A stretch of DNA of 38,734 nt from a virus (lineage: Duplodnaviria; Caudoviricetes), in the IMG/VR virus record IMGVR_UViG_3300022178_003667, positions 1 to 38,734 of that record; one strand, written 5' to 3'. This document shows positions 1-9,428 of the stretch, piece by piece. The position numbers and the translations under genes were made by a program. The first letter of the stretch is position 1. The number at the start of each line of letters is the position of its first letter. The notes below the pieces were generated by a model. The model searched no databases. It was not told where the DNA came from and saw only the letters and a list, made by a program, of their open reading frames with translations.

Positions 1-810
1 TACGTTCGTACTTCCATCGCTGAAAGTTTCAGTTATAGATGTTAAACTAAATGGTGTTAAGTCTAAATCTACAACATCTTCTAGTCTTGTAACTGTTGCG
101 CCTGATGTTGGTATGTATGATGTTGCGGATGATTGTTCTTCTAGTTGAGCTCCCCATACTAAAATATCAGCAATATTGTCTGTCACTACACCGTAGTTGT
201 TTCTTAAACCAAAAACTATACTACTTGATGTGGACGGTACTGTGTCAGTTAAATCTATTCTAGTCCAACCTTGACCGACTGTAACAGATATTGCACCTGT
301 ATTAAATTGAGCATCATAAACTATTATGTTATAATTGTTAGACGTATTTGATTTAAAATACAAACTCTTTACTGTTGTCGCTCCGCTTGTTACGGATACT
401 GTTTGTGAAATTGTTGAAAAATCAGAAGCACCTACACCGCCGTTTAAATCAAACTGTATTCTGTCAGCAGTTAAATCTCCCTTTGGTGATGTCGCAAAAT
501 TATAGGAAACAGTAGGTGTAATTCCTGTACCCAAACTTCCTTTCGCCCAAACCCCATTACTAAAATCTTCACTATAAGTAACTAAATTAGTTGATTGTGG
601 TTCTACTAATAAACTAGGACAAGAACCATCTGAATAATCTAATCTAGGTATATTACTAGCTACTTCTTCTATTAATCCGTTTTCATTAACTCTTGTAGCA
701 CTTGATGCTCTTGTAAATGTTAAATCCCCATTTCCGTTTGTTGGTAATACGCTATAAACTTTACTAGCTTTATAAGCTGATGGTATCATTGCAATACTTG
801 GTGTTGCCAT
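1..810 (-). CDS. Virion fibre/spike protein, probably with a lectin (ConA/LamG-like) domain; runs off the window edge
   Basis: ATG at 810. Translation starts MATPSIAMIPSAYKASKVYSVLPTNGNGDLTFTRASSATRVNENGLIEEVASNIPRLDY...SLLVEPQSTNL, an N-terminus typical of phage spike/fibre proteins. Absent from the ORF track because it is partial. Confidence 0.7.
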   Translation of the reverse strand, partial: MATPSIAMIPSAYKASKVYSVLPTNGNGDLTFTRASSATRVNENGLIEEVASNIPRLDYSDGSCPSLLVEPQSTNLVTYSEDFSNGVWAKGSLGTGITPTVSYNFATSPKGDLTADRIQFDLNGGVGASDFSTISQTVSVTSGATTVKSLYFKSNTSNNYNIIVYDAQFNTGAISVTVGQGWTRIDLTDTVPSTSSSIVFGLRNNYGVVTDNIADILVWGAQLEEQSSATSYIPTSGATVTRLEDVVDLDLTPFSLTSITETFSDGSTNV

Positions 811-813
811 TTT

Positions 814-1014
814 TTATATATTTATACATTGTAAACTTTCAGTAGTTCCGCTATCCGCTTTCACTCTTTCGCTGAAAGAAATTATTAAATTACTTATTAT
901 TGTGTCTCCGCTCCAACTAGAATCGTAAGATATGCCATAACTTATGGAGTTATTAGCACCTCCTTGACCGAAACCAATGCTATTATTTACGTGTGCCTTT
1001 CCCCAATCGCTCAT
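814..1014 (-). CDS. Small virion protein
   Basis: 66 aa, in the portal operon; carries the RxxxD[SG][GA]xxExxxC motif shared with two other structural ORFs. Confidence 0.6.
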   Translation of the reverse strand: MSDWGKAHVNNSIGFGQGGANNSISYGISYDSSWSGDTIISNLIISFSERVKADSGTTESLQCINI

Positions 1015-1102
1015 CTTGTTGTTGTTTTAAACTTTCATATAGCTTATTTAAGCTAATTATATTCTTTTCTTTCGGTTTGTACATTCTTTTTTTATTCTCC
1101 AT
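983..1102 (-). CDS. Small basic hypothetical protein (39 aa, MENKKRMYKPKEKNII...)
   Basis: Read manually; TAATG overlap with the upstream ORF; fills the operon gap. Confidence 0.45.
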   Translation of the reverse strand: MENKKRMYKPKEKNIISLNKLYESLKQQQDERLGKGTRK

Positions 1103-1614
1103 TATAGTACAATGCTAGAGAATGAATTAGGGTCTTTATCTGGGTACATATCTCCATTTTGATTACTATTATATTCTGGGAATAATTGACTATTGTAACA
1201 GATATAGTCTAAAAATCTTCTAGTGTAGAACTCAGCCCTATCAGAAACCTTACTCTGCATCCTATCTACATCTCTGAAATCTACACCTTCCGATTCCTCT
1301 CCTCTATGCTTAGTTACACCTCCGTTCTTTATCTGAAACATAGCAAAAGGCAAATACTCTAATTGAGTAAACCATATCAACATTGGTTTAATGTAATCAT
1401 CTCTTAACAATTTATAGTTAGAGTTTCCTGCATCATCAATCTCTCCACTTAAAATTAAAGCTTGTAACCTATCATAAAGATTACCCCCTAGATAATTCTG
1501 TATGTGCATATCTTGTGCAACCTCAATATAATGTATTAATTTATCTGCATCCGTATTTCCATCTATAATGGATTTAGCTTTAAGGTCTAGTACGGTTATA
1601 AAAAGTGCTTTCAT
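1102..1614 (-). CDS. Putative head-tail adaptor/connector protein
   Basis: 170 aa directly after the portal (ATGA overlap); call rests on synteny. Confidence 0.5.
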   Translation of the reverse strand: MKALFITVLDLKAKSIIDGNTDADKLIHYIEVAQDMHIQNYLGGNLYDRLQALILSGEIDDAGNSNYKLLRDDYIKPMLIWFTQLEYLPFAMFQIKNGGVTKHRGEESEGVDFRDVDRMQSKVSDRAEFYTRRFLDYICYNSQLFPEYNSNQNGDMYPDKDPNSFSSIVL

Positions 1615-3404
1615 ATTCCTAAAAAATCTTTAACTTTGTTTAAACCTGCTCTATAAGCACCTTTATCAGCTCTATCTATCATTCTCTCTGTCATTTCACT
1701 TGGATTATTAGGTTCTCTTAAACCACTCTCATAAGCACTATCAGTATTTACTAACTTGTTGCCTTTTTTCTTATAAACTCTTAACTCCCAATAGTGGTGG
1801 CAGTTTTTTCCTCCCTTAAATTTTAGTAAACTATAGTTTTGCTTATTATGTCCTAATTGGTTATTTACACCCCTAAAAGACATCATATTAATATCTTCCT
1901 TTCTGAACACAACATTCTTTCCTGTTAAGTTTTCCATTCTCTTACAGAAGTTTCTGCTATCAGGTGATTTCCTTTCTGGCATATAAGCATATCTAATCTT
2001 ATAAATATCATCATCTTCTTTAGATTTTTTGTTAGGACTTGCTTTTATACCTAATCTCTCTAACCAAGACTTGCTACTTAAAGCTAATTCAGATGGATTT
2101 AAGCCATCTCTAGCCTCATTATATACTTCACTATGGACAACCTCCCAATCGTCGCTTAAAACCTCTCCTAAGCCTTCTAATTGATTTAACATATCGTCAC
2201 CATCATCATCAGAAAAATCATCCATCTCTACAGCTGATAGTTTCTCACCTGTTTCTTCTTCTTTTCTAATCTTAGTAGATATATTGTCTAATTCTGTAAA
2301 CTCTATAGGTTGTAATGTTACAAAGTAAATATCTTGATAAATATTATTAAATTCTAATATCTCTTCTAGGGCATATTTAATCTCATCTTGGAAAGGTCTT
2401 ATAATAACATTATCCATTAATACGGATGCTGTTCTTAATTCCTCTGCATTGTTACCAAAACCTGTATTATCTTTAATACCTAATAGAATTGGTGATACAA
2501 TACCATGACCTAGCATTATCTTTTCTCTTGCTTCGTCCGATAAGAATTGATATTGAGCATGAGCATCAGGTAAATGTATAGCCTCTATATCTGCTTTAGT
2601 TTCTGCACTATCATTAAACGCTATAATTGTTCTACCTGCGTTTGAGCTTCCGCTAAACTTTGTGTTTATCTTATTCTCTATAGCTATCTGTGTCTCTGCA
2701 TTAGGAACACCATTATTGAAATTTAAGAATAAGGATGGTGCTAAACCATTATGTATATTTGATATGTGATAATTAGATACTTCACATTCTAAATCTGCAT
2801 ACTGTAAACAAGCTTGATAGTCTGGTGTAGAGTAGTAATAAAATCCGCTTCTATATGGTTTTATTATGTATAGTTCCTCTAATTGTTTTTTGCTACCGTT
2901 TTTAAAAGTAGGTATGGGTTTAGGCTTATCATTTGGTTTAATATCTTTCCATTTAGGATGATAATAGTATGCTTTAATTACACCTTTGTCTGTAGCTTTA
3001 GCAGCTCTTAATGTTTCCATTGGAAAGTGGCAAACCTTTAATATCTTTGTCTTAGATTCATTATAGGTAAGTTTTAAAGCTCCTTGACCTAATTTCTTCC
3101 TATCTACAACAACTCTTTTAATATCTCTAGGTCTTAATAGTTTCTTCATTCTAACATAATCCTCTGGAAATAAATCAGAATTAGTAGATTCTATCCCTCT
3201 ACCAAATATCATATCAGATATACCATTATTACACCTAGAATTTGTAGGACTAGATAAATCTAAATCTATAAGCCTACCAAAGTAATTATTATCATCTCCC
3301 CAAGAAATCCAATCATTTCCATATTCTTCTTTTACCTCTGGTGCTTCATAAGAAGATAGATTAATAACCCTTACATTATTGTAATTCTTTTCTTTATTAC
3401 TCAT
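1611..3404 (-). CDS. Portal protein with C-terminal extension
   Basis: 597 aa with portal-like motifs (WGDDNNY, GSSNAG, GFGNNAEEL, IRPFQ), then an acidic linker and a SRNFC...KGGKNCHHYW domain. Confidence 0.8.
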   Translation of the reverse strand: MSNKEKNYNNVRVINLSSYEAPEVKEEYGNDWISWGDDNNYFGRLIDLDLSSPTNSRCNNGISDMIFGRGIESTNSDLFPEDYVRMKKLLRPRDIKRVVVDRKKLGQGALKLTYNESKTKILKVCHFPMETLRAAKATDKGVIKAYYYHPKWKDIKPNDKPKPIPTFKNGSKKQLEELYIIKPYRSGFYYYSTPDYQACLQYADLECEVSNYHISNIHNGLAPSLFLNFNNGVPNAETQIAIENKINTKFSGSSNAGRTIIAFNDSAETKADIEAIHLPDAHAQYQFLSDEAREKIMLGHGIVSPILLGIKDNTGFGNNAEELRTASVLMDNVIIRPFQDEIKYALEEILEFNNIYQDIYFVTLQPIEFTELDNISTKIRKEEETGEKLSAVEMDDFSDDDGDDMLNQLEGLGEVLSDDWEVVHSEVYNEARDGLNPSELALSSKSWLERLGIKASPNKKSKEDDDIYKIRYAYMPERKSPDSRNFCKRMENLTGKNVVFRKEDINMMSFRGVNNQLGHNKQNYSLLKFKGGKNCHHYWELRVYKKKGNKLVNTDSAYESGLREPNNPSEMTERMIDRADKGAYRAGLNKVKDFLGI

Positions 3405-3841
3405 TATACTATATATGTATTATCATCAGTTGGACTATATGGGTCATATAAATTTTGTGATATAATATGTTTAACCGTATAATCTGTTTGAGTTGTAGAG
3501 AATATTTTATCTCTGTATATTAAATTTCCATTAGATGTAGCCTCTAAAAAATAAGTAGAACCTTCTTCTAATATTGTACAAGAAAAAGATAAGTCTATAA
3601 AATTACCATTTAAAGCAACAGCAACATCTAAAATAGTTTCACTTGTACCATCTCCGTCTTTTCTTATACTTAAATTAACATCATTATAGATATTAAATAT
3701 ATCAGATGTACAAGAAATAGATTCTACACTAGCACCATCTAATATAGCTCTGCTAGAATAATCAGATTCATATAAAAAATCTGTTACTCTAGGCATTATA
3801 GATATTGTTTGTATAGAAGTTGTTGGTAATAAAACTATCAT
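3404..3841 (-). CDS. Virion structural protein (hypothetical)
   Basis: First gene after a late-promoter motif; TAATG-coupled to the portal. Confidence 0.55.
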   Translation of the reverse strand: MIVLLPTTSIQTISIMPRVTDFLYESDYSSRAILDGASVESISCTSDIFNIYNDVNLSIRKDGDGTSETILDVAVALNGNFIDLSFSCTILEEGSTYFLEATSNGNLIYRDKIFSTTQTDYTVKHIISQNLYDPYSPTDDNTYIV

Positions 3842-3844
3842 AGT

Positions 3845-3870
3845 AAGATAACCAATAAAGAAAAAATTGT
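3845..3870 (-). promoter_or_regulatory. Phage late-promoter motif ACAA-N14-GTTATCTT
   Basis: Minus strand reads ACAATTTTTTCTTTATTGGTTATCTTACT-ATG; one of six copies. Confidence 0.7.
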
Positions 3871-4162
3871 TTTGTATAGGTATAATAATAATAAATTAAC
3901 CCATAGTAAACCTTAAAAGACTAATTAAGTAGAATAATGAAGTATTATTAGATATATTTGCTTTTTTTTACAAATTAATATAGCTATCCTGTATTGGTAT
4001 AACTTTTTATATATATTTTTATCTATTTGTTTCTACCTATATTTATATGATTGTTAGAATACTTTATTTTAAAAAGTAAATCATTTTACAAATTAATATT
4101 TAGCGAAGTTAGGTAAAAAAAAACGGAAAGTCAAGTTTTGTTAATAACTTATTGTGTTTTAA

Positions 4163-4188
4163 ACAAATTACATCTTTTTGGTTATCTT
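4163..4188 (+). promoter_or_regulatory. Phage late-promoter motif
   Basis: ACAAATTACATCTTTTTGGTTATCTT, 3 nt before the terS ATG at 4192. Confidence 0.7.
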
Positions 4189-4191
4189 AAT

Positions 4192-4575
4192 ATGAATAGT
4201 AAAGAAATAAAACCTACAGATGGAAGAAAAGGTAATTCAAGAAAGAAATCTATACCTATACTTCCTGTACCAGAAAAGGAACGCTCAAACAAACCAGCGT
4301 TAAACAGAGCTAAGAAGGATAGAAAGAAGATTTACGCTAAGAAAGCTATTAAAAACATATTTGGTAGCGAAGTAAATGCTTTTGAGGCATTGGCTAAACA
4401 AGCTGAAAAAGGCTCATACAACCACATGAAGCTTTTAATGGATTATGCTTATAGTGATGATGTGCAAGATAAAGGTAGTTCTATTAAAGCACCTACTATA
4501 AACTTCTTTGGAGATAGTGAGGTAGGGCAAAAGGTTAAGGATAGAATTATAGATGTAACAAATAAGGATGAATAG
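4192..4575 (+). CDS. terS: Terminase small subunit
   Basis: Basic N-terminus (DGRKGNSRKK), overlaps terL; ATG 4192 preferred over the track's TTG at 4138. Confidence 0.6.
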   Translation: MNSKEIKPTDGRKGNSRKKSIPILPVPEKERSNKPALNRAKKDRKKIYAKKAIKNIFGSEVNAFEALAKQAEKGSYNHMKLLMDYAYSDDVQDKGSSIKAPTINFFGDSEVGQKVKDRIIDVTNKDE

Positions 4576-5782
4576 CAATATAAATATTAATAAAAAATAT
4601 ATTCCTTTATTCAAGAACGATAACAGATACTTCTTAATTACTGGAGGTAGGGGAAGTGGAAAGAGTTTTGGAGCTACGGTATTCTTACTAAACCTAACAT
4701 ACGAGAGGGGTCATAAGATATTATTCTCTCGTTATACTATGATTTCTGCTCACACATCTATTATACCTGAATTTATTGAGAAGATTAACTTAATGGGTGT
4801 TCATGCAGATTTTAGAATAACTAAGGATGAGATAATGAATCTAAAGACAGGTTCTTCTATTATATTTAAAGGTATCAGAACATCATCTGGTAATCAAACA
4901 GCAGCCTTAAAGTCTATTAACGGTATTACAACCTTTGTATTAGATGAAGCGGAGGAATTAGTAGATGAAAGTGTGTTTGATAAAATTGACCTATCTGTAA
5001 GGGTTCAAAGTAAGCAGAATAGAGTTATATTAATAATGAATCCGTCAACAAAAGAACATTGGATATATAAACGTTGGTTTCAGAACGAAAACGTCTTAGA
5101 AGGCTCTAATTTAACTAAAGGAAGTACAACTTACATACATACAACTTATAAAGATAATAAAGATAACTTAGATAACTCTTTCTTGCAGAATATTTACGAT
5201 ATGAAACGCAAGAGACCAGACAAGTACGAACATCAGATACTTGGTGGTTGGTTAAATAAAGCTGAGGGTACTATTATAAGAAAATGGAGAGTTGGAGATT
5301 TTATACCAACAGAACTCACTTGTTATGGGCAGGATTTTGGATTCTCAGAGGATTTAACCACACTTGTAAAGATTTCTGTAGATAAAACTGCTAGAAAAAT
5401 ATGGGTAAAAGAGATTTATGGTAGCAAAGGATTAAGTACCTCTCAGATATATTCAAAGAGTAAGCTTGAATGTGGATTAGATTTAATTATTTGTGATAAC
5501 TCAGAACCTAGACTTATTAATGAGTTAAAGGTTTTAGGTCTTAATATAAAACCTACTATAAAGAAAAAAGGAAGTATTTTATCTGGTATTGCCTTAATGC
5601 AAGATTATGAAATTATAGTAGATAGAAATTCTCATGGAATTATAAGAGAAATTAATAATTACGCTTGGAAAGATAAAGGCGAAGTGCCTGTAGATAAATT
5701 TAATCACTACATTGATGCTATCAGATACGGAATGATGTATTTAGTACAAGGGATTAACTCTGGCGTATATGTGATAAGATAA
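4568..5782 (+). CDS. terL: Terminase large subunit (PBSX/SPP1-like)
   Basis: Walker A GGRGSGKS, Walker B FVLDEAEE, MNP motif, nuclease motifs GQDFGF and NHYIDAIRY. Confidence 0.92.
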   Translation: MNSNININKKYIPLFKNDNRYFLITGGRGSGKSFGATVFLLNLTYERGHKILFSRYTMISAHTSIIPEFIEKINLMGVHADFRITKDEIMNLKTGSSIIFKGIRTSSGNQTAALKSINGITTFVLDEAEELVDESVFDKIDLSVRVQSKQNRVILIMNPSTKEHWIYKRWFQNENVLEGSNLTKGSTTYIHTTYKDNKDNLDNSFLQNIYDMKRKRPDKYEHQILGGWLNKAEGTIIRKWRVGDFIPTELTCYGQDFGFSEDLTTLVKISVDKTARKIWVKEIYGSKGLSTSQIYSKSKLECGLDLIICDNSEPRLINELKVLGLNIKPTIKKKGSILSGIALMQDYEIIVDRNSHGIIREINNYAWKDKGEVPVDKFNHYIDAIRYGMMYLVQGINSGVYVIR

Positions 5783-5816
5783 AAAAAAGAGGTAAGCTCC
5801 CCAACTTACCCCTTTT
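5783..5816. terminator. Intrinsic terminator, likely bidirectional
   Basis: AAGAGGTAAG/CTTACCCCTT stem flanked by A- and T-tracts. Confidence 0.65.
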
Positions 5817-5874
5817 AACACATGAAAAAAACAAAATAATCAATTAACCTCCCTAAAACTGATATAATCTTACA

Positions 5875-5906
5875 CAAATATAATGCAAATAGTTTTACTG
5901 TGCAAA
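5875..5906 (-). promoter_or_regulatory. Bacteroidota sigma70-type promoter
   Basis: TTTG-N20-TATATTTG on the minus strand. Confidence 0.5.
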
Positions 5907-5921
5907 TATTTTAGTTATTTT

Positions 5922-6170
5922 TTATAATATAGCATAACTATCTTTACAAACAACCTCTCCAACAGCAGGTGGGTTAGAGTAAACTCTATAATAGAACCAC
6001 TCTTCACTACACTCTCTAACAGCCTTAACTCTCCAATTAATAACACCTACACTATTAACAGTTTCCGTTACTCTTAATGTTGTTGTGCAGTTATCATCAC
6101 ATATATCTTCATCTCCAGATGAACAATTAAATAATAATAATCCGATTGATAATAATAATAATTTTTTCAT
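5922..6170 (-). CDS. Lipoprotein
   Basis: MKKLLLLSIGLLLFN-C signal peptide II/lipobox. Confidence 0.65.
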   Translation of the reverse strand: MKKLLLLSIGLLLFNCSSGDEDICDDNCTTTLRVTETVNSVGVINWRVKAVRECSEEWFYYRVYSNPPAVGEVVCKDSYAIL

Positions 6171-6204
6171 AATATATAGTTTTAAATTTATGTTTAATTA
6201 AGTG

Positions 6205-6669
6205 TTATTCTGCTAAGAACTTATTATATTCGTTTAAAGCGTCTAAATATGCGTGATGCGCTTCTACTTCTGTGTTGTAAGAGCCTAAATAGTACAGCAC
6301 ATTGTTTAAGGTTACATTTGATAACCAACTGTTTCTTTGTTTATGCACACCAACATATTTACTTGTCCCACCTCTTCTCTGCAAGTTCTCTCTATTAGAT
6401 ATTATTCTGAGATTAGACAGTCTGTTATCTAATTTATTTCCGTTTATATGGTCTACAACAGTTTTATTAGTTCCATCTCTAACGTAGCCTAAAAATGTTT
6501 CAGCAGCCATTTGGTGTATTGTTATGTTTTTTTTATGAAACTTAATCCTTAAATAATTACAACTTAATTTATTTGGCTTTAATATGAACCCACCTACTCC
6601 AATAACATTACCTAAGTTAGAAACCTTATATCTGTTGTCTAAAGGATAATCTCTAAATATTTCTTTCAT
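6205..6669 (-). CDS. NUMOD4-HNH-AP2 homing endonuclease
   Basis: YKVSNLGNV (NUMOD4), VDHINGNKLDNRLSNL (HNH), SKYVGV...YLGSY...EAHHAY (AP2). Confidence 0.85.
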   Translation of the reverse strand: MKEIFRDYPLDNRYKVSNLGNVIGVGGFILKPNKLSCNYLRIKFHKKNITIHQMAAETFLGYVRDGTNKTVVDHINGNKLDNRLSNLRIISNRENLQRRGGTSKYVGVHKQRNSWLSNVTLNNVLYYLGSYNTEVEAHHAYLDALNEYNKFLAE

Positions 6670-6697
6670 TATATTTGTATTTAAAAAATTAATCTAT

Positions 6698-6778
6698 GTT
6701 TAACATTATGCCCCTTGTGTTTAACATTGAGCCCCTAAGACGTTTAACATGGAGCCCCTAAGACGTTTAACATGGAGG
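6698..6778 (+). repeat. Tandem repeat, 4 copies, periods 21/23/23 bp
   Basis: GTTTAACAT(T/G)GAGCCCCTAAGAC-like units start at 6698, 6719, 6742 and 6765. Confidence 0.9.
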
Positions 6779-6972
6779 ACACCCATCCTCTCTTATTTAG
6801 ATTCATTATTTTTAAGAAATAAATTTGCATAAGTGAAATATTTTTCATATTCACATGTGTTCGTATTATTACATTGAAATTTATATTTTCTGCTTCCATA
6901 AGCCAAAGATAGAACCATAAAAAAAGGTGTTAAAATAGTTTTATATTAAAAAATGTAAAGTTTTTTGTTTTT

Positions 6973-7007
6973 TTTGTTGCGTATTAATAAATAAAGTTGT
7001 ATATTTG
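6973..7007 (+). promoter_or_regulatory. Early host-type promoter
   Basis: TATATTTG at 7000-7007 with TTG/TTTG upstream. Confidence 0.65.
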
Positions 7008-7009
7008 CG

Positions 7010-7157
7010 TAGGCGCTTTTAAAGGGCGTTTGGGAGGCGAAAACCTACTCGTTCGAGTATTTGCGTGATAACTGGCTAAGATACAGGCGCAAAGACTTAG
7101 AGGCAAAAATACAGAATTAACCAAAAAGCCCACATAGGTTATATGTGGGCTTTTGTT
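7010..7157 (+). ncRNA. Candidate structured leader/small RNA ending in a terminator
   Basis: GC-enriched, ORF-free, three hairpins plus a 13-bp terminator stem. Confidence 0.4.
7124..7157 (+). terminator. Intrinsic terminator
   Basis: AAAAGCCCACATA-GGTTA-TATGTGGGCTTTT. Confidence 0.7.
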
Positions 7158-7186
7158 GGTATAAAAATAATTTAAAATAAAATAAA

Positions 7187-7456
7187 ATGAGAATAACGGA
7201 AAACAATTTAAAAAGCGAAAACGAAATATTGAAACGGTTGCTTAAAGACGGTTATGTTTTAATAAATTACGATTCAAGGGACTGCGATGGTTGTTATAGT
7301 TCAAAAGTTTTGAAATTTTCTAGCTTAGAAAGTATTTATAAATCAATAAACGAGTGTGCAGAGTGGGCAGATGGTCCATTCTCTTATAGCATACCTTTAA
7401 TGTATACGGACGGTAGTTTGGAATTAAACGAGGAATATAATGGAGGTTCTTGGTAG
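7187..7456 (+). CDS. Early hypothetical protein (DSRDCDG motif)
   Basis: 89-aa ORF with A-rich leader. Confidence 0.7.
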   Translation: MRITENNLKSENEILKRLLKDGYVLINYDSRDCDGCYSSKVLKFSSLESIYKSINECAEWADGPFSYSIPLMYTDGSLELNEEYNGGSW

Positions 7457-7494
7457 GGCTAATAAAAACAAATATAACCTTTAAAAACAATAAT

Positions 7495-7632
7495 ATGAGA
7501 ACACTAAAAAACAAAGTACAAAAACTAGATAATATTGACAAAGCTGGATTATTATTTAGCTTACTAGTAATATTGCCCCTACTGGTAATTATTACAGTTG
7601 ATTTAATAACTAACGGAACAAATTTAATATAA
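7495..7632 (+). CDS. Small membrane protein
   Basis: ATG 7495; hydrophobic stretch LLFSLLVILPLLVIITV. Confidence 0.6.
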   Translation: MRTLKNKVQKLDNIDKAGLLFSLLVILPLLVIITVDLITNGTNLI

Positions 7633-7647
7633 CTTAAAAATATAATT

Positions 7648-8013
7648 ATGATAACTATCAACGATTTTTTACAGGAATTAAACGACTCAAAAAATAGCGA
7701 ATTAGATTTAGCTTACTATTATAATGATGGAGATACATTTGAGCAATACAGGGAATCTATTTTTGAGGGTATTTGCCAAAACGAAATAATTTACTATTCA
7801 AAAGCTATGGAGTTTTTAAGCGAAAATGACGCTTCTCTAAGTTGGAGTATGGAGATAGCTTCAGAATATGGATACACTACCGAAAACTTAAACAGTGAAT
7901 TACTAGCTACTTTAGTATATCAAAAAATGTTACATGAGGAGTTTGGAGAGTTATGCAATGAGATTGAGGAGTATTTCGAACAATACGAGGAATATTTAAA
8001 CGAAATGGATTAA
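7648..8013 (+). CDS. Ocr-like acidic DNA-mimic (anti-restriction) protein
   Basis: 121 aa, about 29 D/E versus 4 K/R, central IIYY and acidic helical C-terminus, by-eye resemblance to T7 gp0.3, early position. Confidence 0.55.
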   Translation: MITINDFLQELNDSKNSELDLAYYYNDGDTFEQYRESIFEGICQNEIIYYSKAMEFLSENDASLSWSMEIASEYGYTTENLNSELLATLVYQKMLHEEFGELCNEIEEYFEQYEEYLNEMD

Positions 8014-8030
8014 TCTTAAAGAACTAAATA

Positions 8031-8180
8031 ATGAAAACGATACAATTATTAAAAGACTATGCAGGAACAACCGACAACAGTTGGTTAACTCATAAACTGG
8101 AACTACTAGAGATAGAAATTAACATAGCTAGAGCGGATGCTAAAATAGAAGCATTAAAAGAATTAAGTAAAACAATATAG
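8031..8180 (+). CDS. Early hypothetical protein (49 aa)
   Basis: Manual translation MKTIQLLKDYAGTTDNSWL...; fits the operon. Confidence 0.6.
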   Translation: MKTIQLLKDYAGTTDNSWLTHKLELLEIEINIARADAKIEALKELSKTI

Positions 8181-8182
8181 AT

Positions 8183-8437
8183 ATGAAAAATTGGATAAAC
8201 TTTACAAAAACTAGAACGGATAAATACGATAATAAAACACATAGCCTTGTTGAGTGTGAGCCATATCAACAAGCAGCTCTTGGTAGTTTTGGAAACATAA
8301 CATTTGATGGAAGGTACAATATAGATACATTAATATATTTATGTGACAAATATATGATAACTAATAAGTATGATGGTTACAGAATCTACTCAGGGGAGTG
8401 GTTGAATGAAAGTAATTTAATATACTCTAAACAATAA
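8183..8437 (+). CDS. Early hypothetical protein
   Basis: ORF track; operon packing. Confidence 0.7.
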   Translation: MKNWINFTKTRTDKYDNKTHSLVECEPYQQAALGSFGNITFDGRYNIDTLIYLCDKYMITNKYDGYRIYSGEWLNESNLIYSKQ

Positions 8438-8440
8438 CTA

Positions 8441-8635
8441 ATGATATACAATATACCAATATTAGACGCTTATAAGATAAGCAAAACAAAGAAAGACTTT
8501 ATATGCTTTGATGTACAGAATAACAAAATAGTACGTTATATCTTAACTAATGACTTAACAAGGCACAGACTAATATACCAACAGTTTAGATTGGTTGGTG
8601 AAATAAGAAAGGAAATATTAACAGTAAAATTATAA
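8441..8635 (+). CDS. Early hypothetical protein
   Basis: ORF track; its 5' end recurs inverted at 37661-37720. Confidence 0.7.
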   Translation: MIYNIPILDAYKISKTKKDFICFDVQNNKIVRYILTNDLTRHRLIYQQFRLVGEIRKEILTVKL

Positions 8636-8638
8636 ATT

Positions 8639-8848
8639 ATGAATACACAAGAAAGAAAAAAAGAAGAGGGTAATTGGATAATAATCGACGAATTTAATAA
8701 CCACTGTTTTCCAAAAAAATCATTCAAAGACTATGAAGATGGCTGGGGGTTTTTATATGAAACATTCCCAGTCTTGTATTTCGAGGATGGCACACAAGAT
8801 GACCAAGAAGAAGAACTATCCTCCTACTTTGTAGTGATAAACAACTAA
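8639..8848 (+). CDS. Early hypothetical acidic protein
   Basis: ORF track; operon packing. Confidence 0.7.
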   Translation: MNTQERKKEEGNWIIIDEFNNHCFPKKSFKDYEDGWGFLYETFPVLYFEDGTQDDQEEELSSYFVVINN

Positions 8849-8887
8849 TAGAGTTTATAAAATTAAACTAACCTAATAAATAAAGAT

Positions 8888-9118
8888 ATGAAGACAATAA
8901 ATATATATAGCGTATCAACAGGAGGCAATCACTTGTACGAATGTAGTACGCAAACTAAATTAAATTGTAGTCAATCCATCATGCAATACGTAGTAAATAG
9001 CATTGGATTAAATAATGTAATAAAACATAACAAACAATATGTACATATAAAGACAAAAGGAAAGTATAAGCAATTTAAAAATGTTAATATACTGTATCTA
9101 TATGCATCCTATAAGTAA
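8888..9118 (+). CDS. Early hypothetical protein
   Basis: ORF track; followed by a terminator. Confidence 0.65.
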   Translation: MKTINIYSVSTGGNHLYECSTQTKLNCSQSIMQYVVNSIGLNNVIKHNKQYVHIKTKGKYKQFKNVNILYLYASYK

Positions 9119-9148
9119 CACTATTAAAAAACCTATACTAAACAATAT

Positions 9149-9175
9149 AAACCACCCTCACAAGGTGGTTTTTTT
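9149..9175 (+). terminator. Intrinsic terminator ending the early island
   Basis: AAACCACC-loop-GGTGGTTTTTTT. Confidence 0.75.
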
Positions 9176-9428
9176 ATGCCTTAAAACTACCTATAAATTA
9201 TACCTATTGTAACACTAAAATGTATAACAATTATTTATGTATGGGTACTGATTATTAGAGGTGATATATATAAGAATGTTAAACACCTCATTTAAAGCCA
9301 TTTAACAACCATCTAAACCACTATCTCTACCTCACCCATACTAACATACCAATAAACTATTTGAGTCTCTTATAACGCCTTATATGCAGTATAGTATTTG
9401 TCTATGGTTGTGGTGGATTCGATAGATT

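Noticed and set aside
6698-6778. CRISPR array
   Set aside because: The repeats are contiguous with no unique spacers.
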